Notes under the pieces: model-generated | Database searches by the model: none | The model's input: the letters and a program-made list of their open reading frames with translations, nothing else | What the model was told of the DNA's origin: nothing | Assembly (NCBI GenBank): GCA_015060005.1 | Contig: SUZI01000002.1 | Coordinates: 218,177-282,176, forward strand | Direction: 5' to 3' | DNA: 64,000 nucleotides | DNA from: Rikenellaceae bacterium | GTDB lineage: Bacteria; Bacteroidota; Bacteroidia; Bacteroidales; Rikenellaceae | Program-made: the position numbers and the translations under genes | Shown here: piece by piece, positions 27,942 through 33,559 of the stretch | How positions within the stretch are numbered: the first letter of the stretch is position 1 | Layout of the letters: each line of letters begins with the position of its first letter

Positions 27942-28253
27942 TTACATCCTTTCGATAATCAACTGCACCATATACACAGCGAATACCCACGCAGCAAAGC
28001 TCCACGCATATCCCAACACTGCTGTCACGCTGAAGCTGAATATCTGGTTCTTAGATTTTGCCCAGAACCAACGTGGGGGTATGTCGTTGCCGTATGCTAC
28101 CATACCGAATATCAGTCCTACCACTCCCACGGCTCCGCCATAGATTAACATCTCTGGCTCGTCGTAGACTATACATCCGATAAGTCCAAATGCCCCAATA
28201 GTGTTTACTATCGGAGCCAACAGGTTGATTATATATGCAATAACAAGAATCAT
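27942..28253 (-). CDS. Small integral membrane protein (about 3 TM)
   Basis: 103 aa, three hydrophobic stretches, ATG start. Confidence 0.5.
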   Translation of the reverse strand: MILVIAYIINLLAPIVNTIGAFGLIGCIVYDEPEMLIYGGAVGVVGLIFGMVAYGNDIPPRWFWAKSKNQIFSFSVTAVLGYAWSFAAWVFAVYMVQLIIERM

Positions 28254-28412
28254 AATCCAAAAATTAAACTACTTACCGATTCCAAATATTATTGTTCCAA
28301 TATCAAAAATTAACATAGATGAACTATTTAATTATAAACTCCTCTTAACGGGTCCATACCCGCATATATATCACTCTAAAGGAGCTGTGCCAACTCCTCC
28401 TTTGCGTTGTTT

Positions 28413-29000
28413 TTACTTCCAAACACCCTTCTTACAACCACTCTTCTCGCACTCGGCGTTGAACGACGCAAGAGTCTTATCATCGCTGGTTGATGATGTG
28501 TAGTAACGATGATTCTCGCCATTAGTGTAGCACACCTGGCAGTAGAGTCCGAATACTGTATCAAACTCCTTCTCAAGCGACTTAATCTTCTTGTTGCCCG
28601 ATATTGAGATGTCGCCACCAGAGTCGGCACGACGTACCGATGCGAGTGTCCTGTCATCTGGAATTCGACCACCCAATGAGTCACCTTTCTTTACCATCTC
28701 TCGGCTATAACTATAGCATACATAGAGGTTCAGATAGGGGAACTTTTTGTTGAACTCCTTACGCAAAGTACCCACCTTCTTGTTACCCGTAACCGATATC
28801 TCTGTTGCACTCTTTGAGGTGGTAGTAGTCTTCTTCGCTGCAGGTTTTGCTGCGGCAGTCTTCTTTGTAGCTGTGGCAGTAGTCTTCTTCGCTGCTGTAG
28901 TGGTCTTTTTCGCAGCTGCACTCTTTGTAGCACTCTTCTTAGCCGCTGTAGTGGTCTTCTTAGCTGTGGTTGTTTTCTTGGTTGTAGTAGTCTTTGCCAT
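28413..29000 (-). CDS. Lys/Thr/Ala-rich (histone-H1-like low-complexity) N-terminus fused to two copies of the island-specific ~50-aa module
   Basis: N-terminus MAKTTTTKKTTTAKKTTTAAKK... Modules GNKKVGTLRKEFNKKFPYLNLYVCY...DDRTLASV and GNKKIKSLEKEFDTVFGLYCQVCY...DDKTLASF. Confidence 0.6.
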   Translation of the reverse strand: MAKTTTTKKTTTAKKTTTAAKKSATKSAAAKKTTTAAKKTTATATKKTAAAKPAAKKTTTTSKSATEISVTGNKKVGTLRKEFNKKFPYLNLYVCYSYSREMVKKGDSLGGRIPDDRTLASVRRADSGGDISISGNKKIKSLEKEFDTVFGLYCQVCYTNGENHRYYTSSTSDDKTLASFNAECEKSGCKKGVWK

Positions 29001-29030
29001 AGTAGTAGTTTTTTAGGTTTCTTTGTGATA

Positions 29031-29052
29031 TGAGGTGCGGTCAGGCACCTCA
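29031..29052 (-). other. Intergenic hairpin with the conserved core GGTGCGGTCAGRCACCT
   Basis: TGAGGTGC pairs with GCACCTCA (8 bp, 6-nt loop). It lies between the stop at 29072 and the start at 29000. A 17-nt core recurs at 30550-30566 with one mismatch. Confidence 0.55.
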
Positions 29053-29071
29053 TACCTGTGTGTCGAGCCGA

Positions 29072-29386
29072 TTATTTACCAGCAGCAGCGAGAGTGATGT
29101 CGTTGTCAGCCAACTTCTTATCATCCTTGTCAGCTACCTGTACGCCGATACCGTACAACTCAGCAATCTTCTTCTCGAAGCTACCTACGCGGAGGTTGCT
29201 ACCTACAACGAGCTCGCCGCCCTTGTAACCCTCAGCACGCAATGAAGCGAGTGTAGCGTCCTCATCAGCCATAGCACCCTTGCAGGTTACGCTCTTGTAA
29301 ACACGCAAAGTTGCACCAAATGTCTTCTTAAAGTTGTCCTTCAAGCTCTTGACCTTCATACGGCCATCCAATTTGAAATCTGCCAT
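29072..29386 (-). CDS. Small protein made of two ~50-aa modules (A-B architecture), unknown function
   Basis: 104 aa. Module A MKVKSLKDNFKKTFGATLRVY...DEDATLASL. Module B LRVGSFEKKIAELYGIGVQVADKDDKKLADNDITLAAA. Confidence 0.6.
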   Translation of the reverse strand: MADFKLDGRMKVKSLKDNFKKTFGATLRVYKSVTCKGAMADEDATLASLRAEGYKGGELVVGSNLRVGSFEKKIAELYGIGVQVADKDDKKLADNDITLAAAGK

Positions 29387-29423
29387 AGTTTTTAAGTTTT
29401 TAGTTTGTTAATAAAATAGAGTG

Positions 29424-29630
29424 TTAGTTATTCTTCTTCTCGTTAAGAAAATCTACAAGTTTAGACCCAAACTGACGTGTGTTCCACGCAGGGTCATACT
29501 CGAAGCCCTCCTTCTCTGCAATCTCTCGCAGGGCTCCCTTCACATTGTCGTATATGCGATAAATCTCTATAGCACCGTTATCCAGTACCGATACTACATA
29601 CTCGCCCGAAATTACCGACTTCTTTGCCAT
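29424..29630 (-). CDS. Small soluble protein, unknown function
   Basis: 68 aa, ATG start, 37 nt upstream of the next gene in the array. Confidence 0.45.
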   Translation of the reverse strand: MAKKSVISGEYVVSVLDNGAIEIYRIYDNVKGALREIAEKEGFEYDPAWNTRQFGSKLVDFLNEKKNN

Positions 29631-29674
29631 TTTTTACTTTTTTATAGGTTAATAAAGTTCTCCAAACTCCCTGT

Positions 29675-29833
29675 TTAGAATATATCTTGTCCAAAAAAAG
29701 TTATTCCGAGATCAACACCGAAACACTTCTCGAAAATGAGCTGTGCAAGTGTCAGCACCGCTGCCAACGCCAGCAGAGCAAGAGCAACCGTCTTGCCCGT
29801 CACCACCGTCTTCTGTCTCTTCCTTCGTGCCAT
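29675..29833 (-). CDS. Unlisted 52-aa single-pass membrane micro-protein
   Basis: Hand-translated: MARRKRQKTVVTGKTVALALLALAAVLTLAQLIFEKCFGVDLGITFFGQDIF, ATG at 29831-29833, TAA at 29675-29677. It fills an otherwise empty 225-nt gap and starts 22 nt after the upstream stop. Confidence 0.45.
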   Translation of the reverse strand: MARRKRQKTVVTGKTVALALLALAAVLTLAQLIFEKCFGVDLGITFFGQDIF

Positions 29834-29855
29834 AATTACTGCTTTAAGTTTAGTG

Positions 29856-30524
29856 TCAAATAGTTACAATCTGATAGTAAAATTTCACATCATCAACAAT
29901 TTTGTCTCTCCACGCAATGGTGTACGAATTCTCCAGCTCAAATGACTTGTATGACTTCATTTGTGCACACGCACTCTGCTCGTTTTGCCAATGTTTAATT
30001 GGCGAGTGCGTACCCTCGGTTAAATTCAGCAGATAGTTATTCGACTCTTTCCTGCTTCCTTTGACATAGTATTCGTCGTTTGTTACGAACACCGCTAACC
30101 CTCCTTTGACTCGCTCAAAGCGGTTGCGTACCAGCTCCACGCGACGCACATCCTTCCAGAAGTCGTACATTCCCAGGTCCTGAGCTCCTTGATTTTTCAT
30201 CACTACTACTTTGTCTTTCAGCTCTTCATCAAAGCGTGTGATTGTACGCTCCACCTTTCGGGTTTTGTATTTCAGCTCCACAGGGCAATACTCGCCATCT
30301 TTTCTGACCACTATGTCGAGTCTGAGCTCGCTGTCCCATATATAGTTCTCAAGCTCACTCTTAGGCACATAATACTCCACGTCGACATCGTCGTAGTGGT
30401 TTGCCGACTTACGCAGCCACGTAGCTAAATGCATCTGCAGGTCTCGCTCATTGAATAACAACTCCTCGTTGCTCTCTATGAAAGCGAAAACATCTGCCCG
30501 AACAATCTCTACCAAACTTGCCAT
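29856..30524 (-). CDS. PD-(D/E)xK nuclease-fold candidate
   Basis: From the ATG at 30524 (MASLVEIV...). Motif SELRLDIVVRKDGEYCPVELKYK matches D ... E-x-K spacing of PD-(D/E)xK enzymes. The track start at 30614 adds 30 unlikely residues. Confidence 0.45.
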   Translation of the reverse strand: MASLVEIVRADVFAFIESNEELLFNERDLQMHLATWLRKSANHYDDVDVEYYVPKSELENYIWDSELRLDIVVRKDGEYCPVELKYKTRKVERTITRFDEELKDKVVVMKNQGAQDLGMYDFWKDVRRVELVRNRFERVKGGLAVFVTNDEYYVKGSRKESNNYLLNLTEGTHSPIKHWQNEQSACAQMKSYKSFELENSYTIAWRDKIVDDVKFYYQIVTI

Positions 30525-30635
30525 AAAAATTTCCTTTTTTGTACCTCTGGGTGCGGTCAGACACCTGCTCCCCGAATATCTGTTCTCCTCTTCGTTGTTG
30601 CTAAATACTGCCACAAGGGGGATTTAGGGGAAATC

Positions 30636-31142
30636 TTATGCACCCCTGAAATAATCACTTACCCTTGATGCTGCAAGAGTGATGAGAACCGCAATGGCGA
30701 CAGTTATAATACCCGTAAGAATAGTCCACCACTTCCACAAAATTATTTGTGCAATGATGGCGATGACTGCCAATGCCCAAATAACTATATTGACGATATT
30801 CCTGCGGGCGTTCTCCTTGAAATCTTCGCAGAAGTTTGCTGTGAAAAATGCAATAACAGCAGTTACAGGTCCTGTTGCCAAGGTCCACCATCCAAAGAAG
30901 ATAGCCTGCACAATAATGAGCACAAGAGCCAAAGACCAGACGCTCAAACGAATGATTCGTTTCGTCGAGTCTACAGGTTTTGCGTCATTGTCACAATCCT
31001 TAGGAGTCCTCTTCCTTCTCTTAATGTACTCTATTTCATCATCTTCCTCCTCGAGAGAGTCTTCCTGATCCATTTCGGAGTCATCATCAATCAAGGTTTC
31101 CGCTTTGGTCATTACCTTTTCTAATAAATTATCCATTTTCAT
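30636..31142 (-). CDS. Four-TM membrane protein with an acidic N-terminal tail and an internal 2-TM duplication
   Basis: N-terminus is D/E-rich (DDDSEMDQEDSLEEEDDEIEY). Repeats VWSLALVLIIVQAIFFGWWTLATGPVTAVIAFF and VIWALAVIAIIAQIILWKWWTILTGIITVAIAVL. Confidence 0.55.
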   Translation of the reverse strand: MKMDNLLEKVMTKAETLIDDDSEMDQEDSLEEEDDEIEYIKRRKRTPKDCDNDAKPVDSTKRIIRLSVWSLALVLIIVQAIFFGWWTLATGPVTAVIAFFTANFCEDFKENARRNIVNIVIWALAVIAIIAQIILWKWWTILTGIITVAIAVLITLAASRVSDYFRGA

Positions 31143-31180
31143 ATTCTGTAAATCTTAATAGAGTAAATATTCCGTGTTGT

Positions 31181-31543
31181 TTAATACTCGCCGCGTGCAG
31201 CCTGACCTATGGTAATGCCATTTGGAACGAGCTTGGTGCCTTTGGCATCCTTGATCTGAACTGTTACGCCGAAGTTCTGGTCAAAGAGCTTCTCTGCGTC
31301 GCCCACCTTCATACTCGCTTTGATTTTCAATCCATCGGCAGTCGACTTCACATCTTTGGTTGTCTTTTTGTTGAGTGCCGCCAATGTCAGGTCGCCATCC
31401 GCAATCTGTGCTCCCTTGTAGAATACAAGCGAGAGGTTGAACGCCTTCTTAAAGTCTGCCGACAAAGTCTTCAATTTCTTGTTTGGAGCCACTGTGAACT
31501 CGCCACTCTTGAAGTTGTCTAAGATATTATTCAAAATTCCCAT
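31181..31543 (-). CDS. Small protein made of two ~50-aa modules (A-B architecture), paralog of 29072-29386
   Basis: From the ATG at 31543 (MGILNNILDNF...). Module A KKLKTLSADFKKAFNLSLVFY...DGDLTLAAL. Module B MKVGDAEKLFDQNFGVTVQIKDAKGTKLVPNGITIGQA. Confidence 0.6.
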   Translation of the reverse strand: MGILNNILDNFKSGEFTVAPNKKLKTLSADFKKAFNLSLVFYKGAQIADGDLTLAALNKKTTKDVKSTADGLKIKASMKVGDAEKLFDQNFGVTVQIKDAKGTKLVPNGITIGQAARGEY

Positions 31544-31594
31544 ATTATTGTGTAAAATGTTTATTATGCTGTGTTTCACCGACTTATCACGCCA

Positions 31595-31620
31595 CACAGG
31601 GAGCTGTCATACTCCCTGTG
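31595..31620 (-). other. Perfect 9-bp intergenic hairpin
   Basis: CACAGGGAG (31595-31603) pairs with CTCCCTGTG (31612-31620). It lies between the TerB-like stop (31636) and the next start (31543). Confidence 0.55.
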
Positions 31621-31635
31621 TCGGTGTGCGTTTTT

Positions 31636-32046
31636 TTAGAAGGCGAGTTCCAGTTCTTCCTCCTCCTTTGCCAAATCTATGATGAGCAATACTGCGCGAG
31701 CATCGTCAATACCCAGAGCCGAAGCCACTGCGAGCAGGTTATCCACCTCCTCTGTGCCGAGTACGCCATCGACAATTGCAATCTGCAGAGCCGCCTCGAA
31801 AACTATCTCAGCCTCCTCCTCGTCAATTTCCGCAGAGTTGTTGAGTATATACTCGTTCACCTGCTCCTCGTTCATATTCTCCACTTCACCTAAGGCAGCC
31901 TCCACTGCTGCTGTCAGCTCAGCGTTATCCAGCTCCAAAGCCTCAGCTATCTCCTCGACAGCCACCTTCTCAGCCTCATCGTATACTCCGTCAGCCCAAA
32001 CGACTGTTGCCAGCACTGCGGCAAGATTCTTAATATCGGTATTCAT
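31636..32046 (-). CDS. TerB-like (tellurite-resistance TerB / DjlA N-terminal fold) protein
   Basis: 136 aa, very acidic. Two helical repeats with the ADG/VDG..E signature (VVWADGVYDEAEKVAVEEIAEAL and IAIVDGVLGTEEVDNLLAVASALG). Confidence 0.6.
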   Translation of the reverse strand: MNTDIKNLAAVLATVVWADGVYDEAEKVAVEEIAEALELDNAELTAAVEAALGEVENMNEEQVNEYILNNSAEIDEEEAEIVFEAALQIAIVDGVLGTEEVDNLLAVASALGIDDARAVLLIIDLAKEEEELELAF

Positions 32047-32047
32047 A

Positions 32048-32200
32048 CTATTTGAACAATCTTAAAATGCGGTTTTTCAAACTATTTTTCTCCTTGCGGG
32101 CTTTTGCCATACGGGCACATATTGCCTTACCCTCCTTGGTACGCTTGTCGACAGTACCACTCTTGGTCTTTTTGACCGAAGTTGTTTTCTTAACAGCCAT
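32048..32200 (-). CDS. Unlisted 50-aa lysine-rich micro-protein, translationally coupled to the TerB-like gene
   Basis: Hand-translated: MAVKKTTSVKKTKSGTVDKRTKEGKAICARMAKARKEKNSLKNRILRLFK. ATG at 32198-32200, TAG at 32048-32050, and one base before the TerB-like ATG (32044-32046). Confidence 0.5.
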   Translation of the reverse strand: MAVKKTTSVKKTKSGTVDKRTKEGKAICARMAKARKEKNSLKNRILRLFK

Positions 32201-32223
32201 AATATCAATGTTTTATAATAATT

Positions 32224-33138
32224 TTACTCCAAAATAATGAACTCTGTACGACGGTTAGCCTCTGGGTTGCTCTCGTCGATAGGCTCCGATGAGCCCTTGC
32301 CTTCAGACTCCAGACGCTCAGCAGCGATGCCGCGTGATACGAGGAAGTCAACCGCAGCCTTGGCACGCTCCTCCGAGAGACGCTGGTTGAACGCAGCATC
32401 GCCCTCCGATGATGTGTGTCCTACGAGCTTAAGTCTGAGCTCTGGGTGCTTCTCCATCAGCTGCTGCAGGTCGTGCAATACGAACTTGGCATCGTCTGAG
32501 AGGTCAGCCTTACCCTTCACGAATGTAGCGTTGTTGAAATCCTTCTCAATCTCCTCTACGCGGTCCACGTAGACGATTTTCTCCACCTCTACAATCTTCT
32601 CGACCTCTACAACCTTCTCTACCTCTACTACCTCCTTCTCGGCAGGCTTCAGAGCGAAGAAAGCAGCTACGCCACCTACGAGCAGGAGCAGCAGGAGCCA
32701 CAACCACCACAACGACTTCTTCTTACCCGGCATAGGTGGCACGTAGCCATTCAGATACTCCAGACGAAAACCGCCCTTCTTGCCACCCTTGTCTGCAGCC
32801 TCAAACGATGCAATCTCTATATCGTATAGTTTGGCGTGCGACACCATACGCTCAAAACTTGGTTTTGTCCACATCTTTACTACCGACACCCTCTTATTGT
32901 CGCCCATTGTGAGCAACTCATCTTCTGCCTTGAAGTATCCGTCCCAATCTGCAGTTGTACCCTTATCTTCGGCGTAAACGAAGTTCTCTTTCACTCCTTT
33001 GTCGGGGTTTAACTCATTTGGAAATGCCTTACGCAAATCCTCTAAAGTTGCTTGCGGGTACATCACCATATATGCGTGTGCAATACCCAATGCGGTACGG
33101 TTTTGTGCCTTACCATAGACTCTTACTTTACTTGCCAT
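32224..33138 (-). CDS. Membrane-anchored OmpA-family peptidoglycan-binding protein with a novel N-terminal cytoplasmic domain
   Basis: C-terminal OmpA_C motifs (LVGHTSSEGDAAFNQRLSEERAKAAVDFL, NRRTEFI). One TM (LWWLWLLLLLLVGGVAAFFAL). (V/I)VEVEK repeats. The N-terminal ~125 aa resemble the KAP NTPase C-terminus. ATG at 33138 preferred; the track start is 33171. Confidence 0.7.
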   Translation of the reverse strand: MASKVRVYGKAQNRTALGIAHAYMVMYPQATLEDLRKAFPNELNPDKGVKENFVYAEDKGTTADWDGYFKAEDELLTMGDNKRVSVVKMWTKPSFERMVSHAKLYDIEIASFEAADKGGKKGGFRLEYLNGYVPPMPGKKKSLWWLWLLLLLLVGGVAAFFALKPAEKEVVEVEKVVEVEKIVEVEKIVYVDRVEEIEKDFNNATFVKGKADLSDDAKFVLHDLQQLMEKHPELRLKLVGHTSSEGDAAFNQRLSEERAKAAVDFLVSRGIAAERLESEGKGSSEPIDESNPEANRRTEFIILE

Positions 33139-33559
33139 AACATTATTATTTTTTTTGGTTTGATCTTTCAAGTGGGGCTTACATTTTACTACGCTTGGTG
33201 CATAAAAACAGAAAGCGTAGACTAATTACTTAATCTCCGCTGATAGGTCCTAGGAAAACCGTGGTAAGAAGAAAAAAGCAACAGCCTACGCCAAGAATGC
33301 GTACACCGGGTGGTATACACAACCAGCGATAGGGTTTGTCCTCTCTTACCGTAAATGAATTTCCTAGGTTCATCAGCGAGAATGACAAACACTTTCGTGT
33401 AAATCAAAATATTTCCACAAATATATGAAAAAATTTGACAAAACCTACCAACACCTCTAAAAATCTGACATTTCAAGGAGTTTTCGAGGGGCGGGCTGTT
33501 GCTGTTACAAAGATATGAAATGTTGACAAAGGAGAATTTGTCTTTTGTTGTCTTATTGA

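Noticed and set aside
28269-28316. A 15-codon hydrophobic mini-ORF (MLIFDIGTIIFGIGK) upstream of the 3-TM gene
   Set aside because: It is too short to support from sequence alone and could arise by chance in AT-rich DNA.
28730-29053. ORFs of 107 aa (minus) and 89 aa (plus, 28747-29016) overlapping the K/T-rich region
   Set aside because: These are alternative-frame readings of the repetitive AAG/ACN/GCN DNA. Only the frame of 28413-29000 continues into the conserved tandem modules.
29736-29945. A plus-strand 69-aa ORF
   Set aside because: It overlaps the minus-strand 52-aa TM ORF and the end of the PD-(D/E)xK-like gene, and its orientation is opposite to the whole array.
32052-32237. A plus-strand 61-aa ORF
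   Set aside because: It lies opposite a better-supported minus-strand 50-aa ORF that is tightly coupled to the flanking genes. The plus strand has no neighbouring genes or promoter.
32224-33138. The OmpA-like protein considered as a MotB/ZorB-type stator subunit (Zorya-like system)
   Set aside because: The TM helix (LWWLWLLLLLLVGGVAAFFAL) lacks the conserved proton-relay Asp, and no MotA/ZorA-like partner is present in the island.
33222-33476. An 84-aa minus-strand ORF in the long spacer
   Set aside because: It is Cys/Arg/Tyr-rich with an irregular sequence and no neighbour coupling. The region contains promoter-like boxes and a hairpin. It is more likely non-coding, but this is unverified.
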